Positions 37,164 through 51,300 of a stretch of DNA of 64,000 nucleotides are shown one piece after another. The stretch is from the human T2T-CHM13v2.0 reference genome, Homo sapiens: the NCBI RefSeq assembly GCF_009914755.1, contig NC_060929.1; one strand, given 5' to 3'. Made by a program: the position numbers and the translations under genes. Below the pieces are notes generated by a model, which was given only the letters and a program-made list of their open reading frames with translations, was not told the origin of the DNA and did no database searches. Numbering within the stretch: position 1 is the first letter of the stretch; each line of letters begins with the position of its first letter.

Positions 37164-40100
37164 TTAGACAGAGCATATTTGAAACACTCTTTTTGTGCAA
37201 TTGGCAAGTGGAGATTTCAAGCGCTTTAAGGTCAATGGGAGAAAAGGAAATATCTTCGTTTCAAAACTAGACAGAATCATTCCCACAAACTGCGTTGTGA
37301 TGTGTTCGTTCAACTCACAGAGTTTAACCTTTCTTTTCATAGAGCAGTTAGGAAACAGTCTGTTTGTAAATTCTGTAAGTGGATATTCTGACATCTTGTG
37401 GCCTTCGTTGGAAACGGGATTTCTTCATATTCTGCTAGACGGAAGAATTCTCAGAATCTTCCTTGTGTTGTGTGTATTCAACTCACAGAGTTGAACGATC
37501 CTTTACACAGAGCAGACTTGAAACACTCTTTTTGTGGAATTTGCAAGTGGAGATTTCAGCCGCTTTGAGGTCCATGGTAGAAAAGGAAATATCTTCGTAT
37601 AAAAACAAGACAGAATGATTCTCAGAAACTTCTTTGTGATGTGTGCGTTCAACTCACAGAGTTTAACCTTTCTTTTCATAGAGCAGTTAGGAAACACTCT
37701 GTTTGTAAACTCTGCAAGTGGATATTCAGACCTATTTGAGGCCTTCGTTGGAAACGGGATTTCTTCATACTGTGCTAGACAGAAGAATTCTCATTAACTT
37801 CCTTGTGTTGTGTGTATTCAACTCACAGAGTTGAACGATCCTTTACACAGAGCGGACTTGAAACACTCTTTTTGTGGAATTTGCAAGTGGAGATTTCAGC
37901 CGCGTTGAGGTCAATGGTAGAAAAGGTAATCTCTTCGTATAAAAACTAGACAGAATGATTCTCAGAAACTCCTTTGAGATGTGTGCGCTCAACTCACAGA
38001 GTTTAACCTTTCTTTTCATAGAGCAGTTAGGAAACACTCTGCTTGTAAAGTCTGCAAGTGGATATTCAGACCTCTTTGAAGCCTTCGTTGGAAACGGGTT
38101 TTTTTCATATAAGGCTAGACAAAAGAATTCCCAGTAACTTCCATGTGTTGTGTGTGTTCAACTCACAGAGTTGAACTGTCATTTACACAGAGCAGATTTG
38201 AAACACTCTTTTTGTGGAATTTGCAAATGGAGATTTCAAGCGGTTTGAGGCCAAAGGCAGAAAAGGAAATATCTTCGTATAAAAACTAGACAGAATCATT
38301 CTCAGAAACTGCTCTGCGATGTGTGCGTTCAACTCTCAGAGTTTAACTTTTCTTTTCATTCAGCAGTTTGGAAACACTCTGTTTGTAAAGTCTGCACGTG
38401 GATAATTTGACCACTTAGAGGTCTTCGTTGGAAACGGGTTTTTTTCATGTAAGGCTAGACAGAAGAATTCTCAGTAACTTCCTTGTGTTGTGTGTATTCA
38501 ACTCACAGAGTTGAACGATCCTTTACACAGAGCAGACTTGTAACACTCTTTTTGTGGAATTTGCAAGTGGAGATTTCAGCCGCTTTGAGGTCAATGGTAG
38601 AAAAGGAAATCTCTTCGTATAAAAAGTAGACAGAATGATTCTCAGAAACTCCTTTGTGATGTGTGCGTTCAACTCACAGAGTTTAACCTTTCTTTTCATA
38701 GAGCAGTTAGGAAACACTCTGTTTGTAAAGTCTGCAAGTGGATATTCAGCCCTCTTTGAGGCCTTCGTTGGAAACGGGTTTTTTTCATATAAGGCTAGAC
38801 AGAAGAATTCCCAGTAACTTCCATGTGTTGTGTGTGTTCAACTCACAGAGTTGAACTTTCATTTACACAGAGCAGATTTGAAACACTCTTTTTGTGGAAT
38901 TTGCAAATGGAGATTTCAAGCGCTTTGAGGCCAGAGGCAGAAAGGAAATATCTTCGTTTAAAAACTAGACAGAATCATTCTCAGAAACTGCTCTGCGATG
39001 TGTGCGTTCAACTCTCAGAGTTTAACTTTTCTTTTCATTCAGCAGTTTGGAAACACTCTGTTTGTAAAGTCTGCACGTGGATAATTTGACCACTTAGAGG
39101 TCTTCGTTGGAAACGGGTTTTTTTCATGTAAGGCTAGACAGAAGAATTCTCAGTAACTTCCTTGTGTTGTGTGTATTCAACTCACAGAGTTGAACGATCC
39201 TTTACACAGAGCAGACTTGTAACACTCTTTTTGTGGAATTTGCAAGTGGAGATTTCAGCCGCTTTGAAGTCAAAGGTAGAAAAGGAAATATCTTCCTATA
39301 AACATTAGACAGAATGATTCTCAGAAACTCCTTTGTGATGTGTGCGTTCAACTGACAGAGTTTAACCTTTCTTTTCATAGAGCAGTTAGGAAACACTCTG
39401 TTTGTAAAGTCTGCAAGTGGATATTCAGACCTCTTTGAGGCCTTCGTTGGAAACGGGTTTTTTTCATATAAGGCTAGACAGAAGAATTCCCAGTAACTTC
39501 CTTGTGTTGTGTGTGTTCAACTCACAGAGTTGAACTCTCATTTACACAGAGCAGATTTGAAACACTCTTTTTGTGGAATTTGCAAGTGGAGATTTCAAGC
39601 GCTTTGAAGCCAAAGGCAGAAAAGGAAATATCTTCGTATAAAAACTAGACAGAATCATTCTCAGAAACTGCTCTGCGATGTGTGCGTTCAACTCTCAGAG
39701 TTTAACTTTTCTTTTCATTCAGCAGTTTGGAAACACTCTGTTTGTAAAGTCTGCACGTGGATATTTTGACCACTTAGAGGCCTTCGTTGGAAACGGGTTT
39801 TTTTCCTGTAAGGCTAGACAGAAGAATTCCCAGTAACTTCCTTGTGTTGTGTACATTCAACTCACAGAGTTGAACGTTCCCTTAGACAGAGCATATTTGA
39901 AACACTCTTTTTGTGCAATTGGCAAGTGGAGATTTCAAGCGCTTTAAGGTCAATGGGAGAAAAGGAAATATCTTCGTTTCAAAACTAGACAGAATCATTC
40001 CCACAAACTGCGTTGTGATGTGTTCGTTCAACTCACAGAGTTTAACCTTTCTTTTCATAGAGCAGTTAGGAAACAGTCTGTTTGTAAATTCTGTAAGTGG

Positions 40101-43100
40101 ATATTCTGACATCTTGTGGCCTTCGTTGGAAACGGGATTTCTTCATATTCTGCTAGACGGAAGAATTCTCAGAATCTTCCTTGTGTTGTGTGTATTCAAC
40201 TCACAGAGTTGAACGATCCTTTACACAGAGCAGACTTGAAACACTCTTTTTGTGGAATTTGCAAGTGGAGATTTCAGCCGCTTTGAGGTCCATGGTAGAA
40301 AAGGAAATATCTTCGTATAAAAACAAGACAGAATGATTCTCAGAAACTTCTTTGTGATGTGTGCGTTCAACTCACAGAGTTTAACCTTTCTTTTCATAGA
40401 GCAGTTAGGAAACACTCTGTTTGTAAACTCTGCAAGTGGATATTCAGACCTATTTGAGGCCTTCGTTGGAAACGGGATTTCTTCATACTGTGCTAGACAG
40501 ATGAATTCTCATTAACTTCCTTGTGTTGTGTGTATTCAACTCACAGAGTTGAACGATCCTTTACACAGAGCGGACTTGAAACACTCTTTTTGTGGAATTT
40601 GCAAGTGGAGATTTCAGCCGCGTTGAGGTCAATGGTAGAAAAGGAAATCTCTTCGTATAAAAACTAGACAGAATGATTCTCAGAAACTCCTTTGAGATGT
40701 GTGCGCTCAACTCACAGAGTTTAACCTTTCTTTTCATAGAGCAGTTAGGAAACACTCTGCTTGTAAAGTCTGCAAGTGGATATTCAGACCTCTTTGAGGC
40801 CTTCGTTGGAAACGGGTTTTTTTCATATAAGGCTAGACAGAAGAATTCCCAGTAACTTCCATGTGTTGTGTGTGTTCAACTCACAGAGTTGAACTTTCAT
40901 TTACACAGAGCAGATTTGAAACACTCTTTTTGTGGAATTTGCAAATGGAGATTTCAAGCGGTTTGAGGCCAAAGGCAGAAAAGGAAATATCTTCGTATAA
41001 AAACTAGACAGAATCATTCTCAGAAACTGCTCTGCGATGTGTGCGTTCAACTCTCAGAGTTTAACTTTTCTTTTCATTCAGCAGTTTGGAAACACTCTGT
41101 TTGTAAAGTCTGCACGTGGATAATTTGACCACTTAGAGGTCTTCGTTGGAAACGGGTTTTTTTCATGTAAGGCTAGACAGAAGAATTCTCAGTAACTTCC
41201 TTGTGTTGTGTGTATTCAACTCACAGAGTTGAACGATCCTTTACACAGAGCAGACTTGTAACACTCTTTTTGTGGAATTTGCAAGTGGAGATTTCAGCCG
41301 CTTTGAGGTCAATGGTAGAAAAGGAAATCTCTTCGTATAAAAAGTAGACAGAATGATTCTCAGAAACTCCTTTGTGATGTGTGCGTTCAACTCACAGAGT
41401 TTAACCTTTCTTTTCATAGAGCAGTTAGGAAACACTCTGTTTGTAAAGTCTGCAAGTGGATATTCAGACCTCTTTGAGGCCTTCGTTGGAAACGGGTTTT
41501 TTTCATATAAGGCTAGACAGAAGAATTCCCAGTAACTTCCATGTGTTGTGTGTGTTCAACTCACAGAGTTGAACTTTCATTTACACAGAGCAGATTTGAA
41601 ACACTCTTTTTGTGGAATTTGCAAATGGAGATTTCAAGCGCTTTGAGGCCAGAGGCAGAAAAGGAAATATCTTCGTTTAAAAACTAGACAGAATCATTCT
41701 CAGAAACTGCTCTGCGATGTGTGCGTTCAACTCTCAGAGTTTAACTTTTCTTTTCATTCAGCAGTTTGGAAACACTCTGTTTGTAAAGTCTGCACGTGGA
41801 TAATTTGACCACTTAGAGGTCTTCGTTGGAAACGGGTTTTTTTCATGTAAGGCTAGACTGAAGAATTCTCAGTAACTTCCTTGTGTTGTGTGTATTCAAC
41901 TCACAGAGTTGAACGATCCTTTACACAGAGCAGACTTGTAACACTCTTTTTGTGGAATTTGCAAGTGGAGATTTCAGCCGCTTTGAAGTCAAAGGTAGAA
42001 AAGGAAATATCTTCCTATAAACACTAGACAGAATGATTCTCAGAAACTCCTTTGTGATGTGTGCGTTCAACTCACAGAGTTTAACCTTTCTTTTCATAGA
42101 GCAGTTAGGAAACACTCTGTTTGTAAAGTCTGCAAGTGGATATTCAGACCTCTTTGAGGCCTTCGTTGGAAACGGGTTTTTTTCATATAAGGCTAGACAG
42201 AAGAATTCCCAGTAACTTCCTTGTGTTGTGTGTGTTCAACTCACAGAGTTGAACTCTCATTTACACAGAGCAGATTTGAAACACTCTTTTTGTGGAATTT
42301 GCAAGTGGAGATTTCAAGCGCTTTGAAGCCAAAGGCAGAAAAGGAAATATCTTCGTATAAAAACTAGTCAGAATCATTCTCAGAAACTGCTCTGCGATGT
42401 GTGCGTTCAACTCTCAGAGTTTAACTTTTCTTTTCATTCAGCAGTTTGGAAACACTCTGTTTGTAAAGTCTGCACGTGGATATTTTGACCACTTAGAGGC
42501 CTTCGTTGGAAACGGGTTTTTTTCCTGTAAGGCTAGACAGAAGAATTCCCAGTAACTTCCTTGTGTTGTGTACATTCAACTCACAGAGTTGAACGTTCCC
42601 TTAGACAGAGCATATTTGAAACACTCTTTTTGTGCAATTGGCAAGTGGAGATTTCAAGCGCTTTAAGGTCAATGGGAGAAAAGGAAATATCTTCGTTTCA
42701 AAACTAGACAGAATCATTCCCACAAACTGCGTTGTGATGTGTTCGTTCAACTCACAGAGTTTAACCTTTCTTTTCATAGAGCAGTTAGGAAACAGTCTGT
42801 TTGTAAATTCTGTAAGTGGATATTCTGACATCTTGTGGCCTTCGTTGGAAACGGGATTTCTTCATATTCTGCTAGACGGAAGAATTCTCAGAATCTTCCT
42901 TGTGTTGTGTGTATTCAACTCACAGAGTTGAACGATCCTTTACACAGAGCAGACTTGAAACACTCTTTTTGTGGAATTTGCAAGTGGAGATTTCAGCCGC
43001 TTTGAGGTCCATGGTAGAAAAGGAAATATCTTCGTATAAAAACAAGACAGAATGATTCTCAGAAACTTCTTTGTGATGTGTGCGTTCAACTCACAGAGTT

Positions 43101-46100
43101 TAACCTTTCTTTTCATAGAGCAGTTAGGAAACACTCTGTTTGTAAACTCTGCAAGTGGATATTCAGACCTATTTGAGGTCTTCGTTGGAAACGGGATTTC
43201 TTCATACTGTGCTAGACAGAAGAATTCTCATTAACTTCCTTGTGTTGTGTGTATTCAACTCACAGAGTTGAACGATCCTTTACACAGAGCGGACTTGAAA
43301 CACTCTTTTTGTGGAATTTGCAAGTGGAGATTTCAGCCGCGTTGAGGTCAATGGTAGAAAAGGAAATCTCTTCGTATAAAAACTAGACAGAATGATTCTC
43401 AGAAACTCCTTTGAGATGTGTGCACTCAACTCACAGAGTTTAACCTTTCTTTTCATAGAGCAGTTAGGAAACACTCTGTTTGTAAAGTCTGCAAGTGGAT
43501 ATTCAGACCTCTTTGAGGCCTTCGTTGGAAACGGGTTTTTTTCATATAAGGCTAGACAGAAGAATTCCCAGTAACTTCCATGTGTTATGTGTGTTCAACT
43601 CACAGAGTTGAACTTTCATTTACACAGAGCAGATTTGAAACACTCTTTTTGTGGAATTTGCAAATGGAGATTTCAAGCGCTTTGAGGCCAGAGGCAGAAA
43701 AGGAAATATCTTCGTTTAAAAACTAGACAGAATCATTCTCAGAAACTGCTCTGCGATGTGTGCGTTCAACTCTCAGAGTTTAACTTTTCTTTTCATTCAG
43801 CAGTTTGGAAACACTCTGTTTGTAAAGTCTGCACGTGGATAATTTGACCACTTAGAGGTCTTCGTTGGAAACGGGTTTTTTTCATGTAAGGCTAGACTGA
43901 AGAATTCTCAGTAACTTCCTTGTGTTGTGTGTATTCAACTCACAGAGTTGAACGATCCTTTACACAGAGCAGACTTGTAACACTCTTTTTGTGGAATTTG
44001 CAAGTGGAGATTTCAGCCGCTTTGAAGTCAAAGGTAGAAAAGGAAATATCTTCCTATAAACACTAGACAGAATGATTCTCAGAAACTCCTTTGTGATGTG
44101 TGCGTTCAACTCACAGAGTTTAACCTTTCTTTTCATAGAGCAGTTAGGAAACACTCTGTTTGTAAAGTCTGCAAGTGGATATTCAGACCTCTTTGAGGCC
44201 TTCGTTGGAAACGGGTTTTTTTCATATAAGGCTAGACAGAAGAATTCCCAGTAACTTCCTTGTGTTGTGTGTGTTCAACTCACAGAGTTGAACTCTCATT
44301 TACACAGAGCAGATTTGAAACACTCTTTTTGTGGAATTTGCAAGTGGAGATTTCAAGCGCTTTGAAGCCAAAGGCAGAAAAGGAAATATCTTCGTATAAA
44401 AACTAGACAGAATCATTCTCAGAAACTGCTCTGCGATGTGTGCGTTCAACTCTCAGAGTTTAACTTTTCTTTTCATTCAGCAGTTTGGAAACACTCTGTT
44501 TGTAAAGTCTGCACGTGGATATTTTGACCACTTAGAGGCCTTCGTTGGAAACGGGTTTTTTTCCTGTAAGGCTAGACAGAAGAATTCCCAGTAACTTCCA
44601 TGTGTTATGTGTGTTCAACTCACAGAGTTGAACTTTCATTTACACAGAGCAGATTTGAAACACTCTTTTTGTGGAATTTGCAAATGGAGATTTCAAGCGC
44701 TTTGAGGCCAGAGGCAGAAAAGGAAATATCTTCGTTTAAAAACTAGACAGAATCATTCTCAGAAACTGCTCTGCGATGTGTGCGTTCAACTCTCAGAGTT
44801 TAACTTTTCTTTTCATTCAGCAGTTTGGAAACACTCTGTTTGTAAAGTCTGCACGTGGATAATTTGACCACTTAGAGGTCTTCGTTGGAAACGGGTTTTT
44901 TTCATGTAAGGCTAGACTGAAGAATTCTCAGTAACTTCCTTGTGTTGTGTGTATTCAACTCACAGAGTTGAACGATCCTTTACACAGAGCAGACTTGTAA
45001 CACTCTTTTTGTGGAATTTGCAAGTGGAGATTTCAGCCGCTTTGAAGTCAAAGGTAGAAAAGGAAATATCTTCCTATAAACACTAGACAGAATGATTCTC
45101 AGAAACTCCTTTGTGATGTGTGCGTTCAACTCACAGAGTTTAACCTTTCTTTTCATAGAGCAGTTAGGAAACACTCTGTTTGTAAAGTCTGCAAGTGGAT
45201 ATTCAGACCTCTTTGAGGCCTTCGTTGGAAACGGGTTTTTTTCATATAAGGCTAGACAGAAGAATTCCCAGTAACTTCCTTGTGTTGTGTGTGTTCAACT
45301 CACAGAGTTGAACTCTCATTTACACAGAGCAGATTTGAAACACTCTTTTTGTGGAATTTGCAAGTGGAGATTTCAAGCGCTTTGAAGCCAAAGGCAGAAA
45401 AGGAAATATCTTCGTATAAAAACTAGACAGAATCATTCTCAGAAACTGCTCTGCGATGTGTGCGTTCAACTCTCAGAGTTTAACTTTTCTTTTCATTCAG
45501 CAGTTTGGAAACACTCTGTTTGTAAAGTCTGCACGTGGATATTTTGACCACTTAGAGGCCTTCGTTGGAAACGGGTTTTTTTCCTGTAAGGCTAGACAGA
45601 AGAATTCCCAGTAACTTCCTTGTGTTGTGTACATTCAACTCACAGAGTTGAACGTTCCCTTAGACAGAGCATATTTGAAACACTCTTTTTGTGCAATTGG
45701 CAAGTGGAGATTTCAAGCGCTTTAAGGTCAATGGGAGAAAAGGAAATATCTTCGTTTCAAAACTAGACAGAATCATTCCCACAAACTGCGTTGTGATGTG
45801 TTCGTTCAACTCACAGAGTTTAACCTTTCTTTTCATAGAGCAGTTAGGAAACAGTCTGTTTGTAAATTCTGTAAGTGGATATTCTGACATCTTGTGGCCT
45901 TCGTTGGAAACGGGATTTCTTCATATTCTGCTAGACGGAAGAATTCTCAGAATCTTCCTTGTGTTGTGTGTATTCAACTCACAGAGTTGAACGATCCTTT
46001 ACACAGAGCAGACTTGAAACACTCTTTTTGTGGAATTTGCAAGTGGAGATTTCAGCCGCTTTGAGGTCCATGGTAGAAAAGGAAATATCTTCGTATAAAA

Positions 46101-48378
46101 ACAAGACAGAATGATTCTCAGAAACTTCTTTGTGATGTGTGCGTTCAACTCACAGAGTTTAACCTTTCTTTTCATAGAGCAGTTAGGAAACACTCTGTTT
46201 GTAAACTCTGCAAGTGGATATTCAGACCTATTTGAGGTCTTCGTTGGAAACGGGATTTCTTCATACTGTGCTAGACAGAAGAATTCTCATTAACTTCCTT
46301 GTGTTGTGTGTATTCAACTCACAGAGTTGAACGATCCTTTACACAGAGCGGACTTGAAACACTCTTTTTGTGGAATTTGCAAGTGGAGATTTCAGCCGCG
46401 TTGAGGTCAATGGTAGAAAAGGAAATCTCTTCGTATAAAAACTAGACAGAATGATTCTCAGAAACTCCTTTGAGATGTGTGCACTCAACTCACAGAGTTT
46501 AACCTTTCTTTTCATAGAGCAGTTAGGAAACACTCTGTTTGTAAAGTCTGCAAGTGGATATTCAGACCTCTTTGAGGCCTTCGTTGGAAACGGGTTTTTT
46601 TCATATAAGGCTAGACAGAAGAATTCCCAGTAACTTCCATGTGTTATGTGTGTTCAACTCACAGAGTTGAACTTTCATTTACACAGAGCAGATTTGAAAC
46701 ACTCTTTTTGTGGAATTTGCAAATGGAGATTTCAAGCGCTTTGAGGCCAGAGGCAGAAAAGGAAATATCTTCGTTTAAAAACTAGACAGAATCATTCTCA
46801 GAAACTGCTCTGCGATGTGTGCGTTCAACTCTCAGAGTTTAACTTTTCTTTTCATTCAGCAGTTTGGAAACACTCTGTTTGTAAAGTCTGCACGTGGATA
46901 ATTTGACCACTTAGAGGTCTTCGTTGGAAACGGGTTTTTTTCATGTAAGGCTAGACTGAAGAATTCTCAGTAACTTCCTTGTGTTGTGTGTATTCAACTC
47001 ACAGAGTTGAACGATCCTTTACACAGAGCAGACTTGTAACACTCTTTTTGTGGAATTTGCAAGTGGAGATTTCAGCCGCTTTGAAGTCAAAGGTAGAAAA
47101 GGAAATATCTTCCTATAAACACTAGACAGAATGATTCTCAGAAACTCCTTTGTGATGTGTGCGTTCAACTCACAGAGTTTAACCTTTCTTTTCATAGAGC
47201 AGTTAGGAAACACTCTGTTTGTAAAGTCTGCAAGTGGATATTCAGACCTCTTTGAGGCCTTCGTTGGAAACGGGTTTTTTTCATATAAGGCTAGACAGAA
47301 GAATTCCCAGTAACTTCCATGTGTTGTGTGTGTTCAACTCACAGAGTTGAACTTTCATTTACACAGAGCAGATTTGAAACACTCTTTTTGTGGAATTTGC
47401 AAATGGAGATTTCAAGCGCTTTGAGGCCAAAGGCAGAAAAGGAAATATCTTCGTATAAAAACTAGACAGAATCATTCTCAGAAACTGCTATGCGATGTGT
47501 GCGTTCAACTCTCTGAGTTTAACTTTTCTTTTCATTCAGCAGTTTGGAAACACTCTGTTTGTAAAGTCTGCACGTGGATAATTTGACCACTTAGAGGTCT
47601 TCGTTGGAAACGGGTTTTTTTCATGTAAGGGTAGACAGAAGAATTCTCATTAACTTCCTTGTGTTGTGTGTATTCAACTCACAGAGTTGAAGGATCCTTT
47701 ACACAGAGCAGACTTGTAACACTCTTTTTGTGGAATTTGCAAGTGGAGATTTCAGCCGCTTTGAAGTCAAAGGTAGAAAAGGAAATATCTTCCTATAAAC
47801 ACTAGACAGAATGATTCTCAGAAACTCCTTTGTGATGTGTGCGTTCAACTCACAGAGTTTAACCTTTCTTTTCATAGAGCAGTTAGGAAACACTCTGTTT
47901 GTAAAGTCTGCAAGTGGATATTCAGACCTCTTTGAGGCCTTCGTTGGAAACGGGTTTTTTTCATATAAGGCTAGACAGAAGAATTCCCAGTAACTTCCTT
48001 GTGTTGTGTGTGTTCAACTCACAGAGTTGAACTTTCATTTACACAGAGCAGATTTGAAACACTCTTTTTGTGGAATTTGCAAGTGGAGATTTCAAGCGCT
48101 TTGAGGCCAAAGTTAGAAAAGGAAATATCTTCGTATAAAAACTAGACAGAATCATTCTCAGAAACTGCTCTGCGATGTGTGCGTTCAACTCTCAGAGTTT
48201 AACTTTTCTTTTCATTCAGCAGTTTGGAAACACTCTGTTTGTAAAGTCTGCACGTGGATATTTTGACCACTTAGAGGCCTTCGTTGGAAACGGGTTTTTT
48301 TCCTGTAAGGCTAGACAGAAGAATTCCCAGTAACTTCCTTGTGTTGTGTACATTCAACTCACAGAGTTGAACGTTCCC
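37164..48378 (+). repeat. 16-, 16-, 18- and 16-mer HORs
   Basis: E at 37164, 39882, 42601, 45660 and 48379 (spacings 2718, 2719, 3059, 2719). Confidence 0.93.
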
Positions 48379-51300
48379 TTATACAGAGCAGATTTGAAAC
48401 ACTCTTTTTGTGCAATTGGCAAGTGGAGATTTCAAGCGCTTTAAGGTCAATGGCAGAAAAGGAAATATCTTCGTTTCAAAACTAGACAGAATCATTCCCA
48501 CAAACTGCGTTGTGATGTGTTCGTTCAACTCACAGAGTTTAACCTTTCTTTTCATAGAGCAGTTAGGAAACAGTCTGTTTGTAAATTCTGTAAGTGGATA
48601 TTCTGACATCTTGTGGCCTTCGTTGGAAACGGGATTTCTTCACATTCTGCTAGACAGAAGAATTCTCAGAATCTTCCTTGTGTTGTGTGTATTCAACTCA
48701 CAGAGTTGAACGATCCTTTACACAGAGCAGACTTGAAACACTCTTTTTGTGGAATTTGCAAGTGGAGATTTCAGCCGCTTTGAGGTCCATGGTAGAAAAG
48801 GAAACATCTTCGTATAAAAACTAGACAGAATGATTCTCAGAAACTTCTTTGTGACGTGTGCGTTCAACTCACAGAGTTTAACCTTTCTTTTCATAGAGCA
48901 GTTAGGAAACACTCTGTTTGTAAACTGTGCAAGTGGATGTTCAGACCTCTTTGAGGCCTTCGTTGGAATCGGGATTTCTTCATACTGTGCTAGACAGAAG
49001 AATTCTCAGTAACTTCCTTGTGTTGTGTGTATTCAACTCACAGAGTTGAACGATCCTTTACACAGAGCGGACTTGAAACACTCTTTTTGTGGAATTTGCA
49101 AGTGGAGATTTCAGCCGCGTTGAGGTCAATGGTAGAAAAGGAAATCTCTTCGTATAAAAACTAGACAGAATGATTCTCAGAAACTCCTTCGTGATGTGTG
49201 CACTCAACTCACAGAGTTTAACCTTTCTTTTCATAGAGCAGTTAGGAAACACTCTGTTTGTAAAGTCTGCAAGTGGATATTCAGACCTCTTTGAGGCGTT
49301 CGTTGGAAACGGGTTTTTTTCATATAAGGCTAGACAGAAGAATTCCCAGTAACTTCCATGTGTTGTGTGTGTTCAACTCACAGAGTTGAACTTTCATTTA
49401 CACAGAGCAGATTTGAAACACTCTTTTTGTGGAATTTGCAAATGGAGATTTCAAGCGCTTTGAGGCCAAAGGCAGAAAAGGAAATATCTTCGTATAAAAA
49501 CTAGACAGAATCATTCTCAGAAACTGCTCTGCGATGTGTGCGTTCAACTCTCAGAGTTTAACTTTTCTTTTCATTCAGCAGTTTGGAAACACTGTGTTTG
49601 TAAAGTCTGCACGTGGATAATTTGACCACATAGAGGTCTTCGTTGGAAACGGGTTTTTTTCATGTAAGGCTAGACAGAAGAATTCTCAGTAACTTTCTTG
49701 TGTTGTGTGTATTCAACTCACAGAGTTGAACGATCCTTTACACAGAGCAGACTTGTACAACTCTTTTTGTGGAATTTGCAAGTGGAGATTTCAGCCGCTT
49801 TGAGGTCAATGGTAGAAAAGGAAATCTCTTCGTATAAAAACTAGACAGAATGATTCTCAGAAACTCCTTTGTGATGTGTGCGTTCAACTGACAGAGTTTA
49901 ACCTTTCTTTTCATAGAGCAGTTAGGAAACACTCTGTTTGTAAAGTCTGCAAGTGGATATTCAGACCTCTTTGAGGCCTTCGTTGGAAACGGGATTTCTT
50001 CATACTGTGCTAGACAGAAGAATTCTCAGTAACTTCCTTGTGTTGTGTGTATTCAACTCACAGAGTTGAATGATCCTTTACACAGAGCGGACTTGAAACA
50101 CTCTTTTTGTGGAATTTGCAAGTGGAGATTTCAGCCGCGTTGAGGTCAATGGTAGAAAAGGAAATCTCTTCGTATAAAAACTAGACAGAATGATTCTCAG
50201 AAACTCCTTTGTGATGTGTGCGTTCAACTCACAGAGTTTAACCTTTCTTTTCATAGAGCAGTTAGGAAACTCTCTGTTTGTAAAGTCTGCAAGTGGATAT
50301 TCAGACCTCTTTGAGGCCTTCTTTGGAAACGGGTTTTTTTCATATAAGGCTAGACAGAAGAATTCCCAGTAACTTCCATGTGTTGTGTGTGTTCAACTCA
50401 CAGAGTTGAACTTTCATTTTCACAGAGCAGATTTGAAACACTCTTTTTGTGGAATTTGCAAATGGAGATTTCAAGCGCTTTGAGGCCAAAGGCAGAAAAG
50501 GAAATATCTTCGTATAAAAACTAGACAGAATCATTCTCAGAAACTGCTCTGCGATGTGTGCGTTCAACTCTCAGAGTTTAACTTTTCTTTTCATTCAGCA
50601 GTTTGGAAACACTCTGTTTGTAAAGTCTGCACGTGGATAATTTGACCACTTAGAGGTCTTCGTTGGAAACGGGTTTTTTTCATGTAAGGCTAGACAGAAG
50701 AATTCTCAGTAACTTCCTTGTGTTGTGTGTATTCAACTCACAGAGTTGAACGATCCTTTACACAGAGCAGACTTGTAACACTCTTTTTGTGGAATTTGCA
50801 AGTGGAGATTTCAGCCGCTTTGAAGTCAAAGGTAGAAAAGGAAATATCTTCCTATAAACACTAGACAGAATGATTCTCAGAAACTCCTTTGTGATGTGTG
50901 CGTTCAACTCACAGAGTTTAACCTTTCTTTTCATAGAGCAGTTAGGAAACACTCTGTTTGTAAAGTCTGCAAGTGGATATTCAGACCTCTTTGAGGCCTT
51001 CGTTGGAAACGGGTTTTTTTCATATAAGGCTAGACAGAAGAATTCCCAGTAACTTCCTTGTGTTGTGTGTGTTCAACTCACAGAGTTGAACTTTCATTTA
51101 CACAGAGCAGATTTGAAACACTCTTTTTGTGGAATTTGCAAGTGGAGATTTCAAGCGCTTTGAGGCCAAAGGTAGAAAAGGAAATATCTTCGTATAAAAA
51201 CTAGACAGAATCATTCTCAGAAACTGCTCTGCGATGTGTGCGTTCAACTCTCAGAGTTTAACTTTTCTTTTCATTCAGCAGTTTGGAAACACTCTGTTTG

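Noticed and set aside
48958-48974. Variant CENP-B box cttcgttggaatcggga as a disrupted site
   Set aside because: The change is at position 12, outside the essential core. First-position variants near 24153, 49298, 56775 and 59494 likewise leave the core intact.
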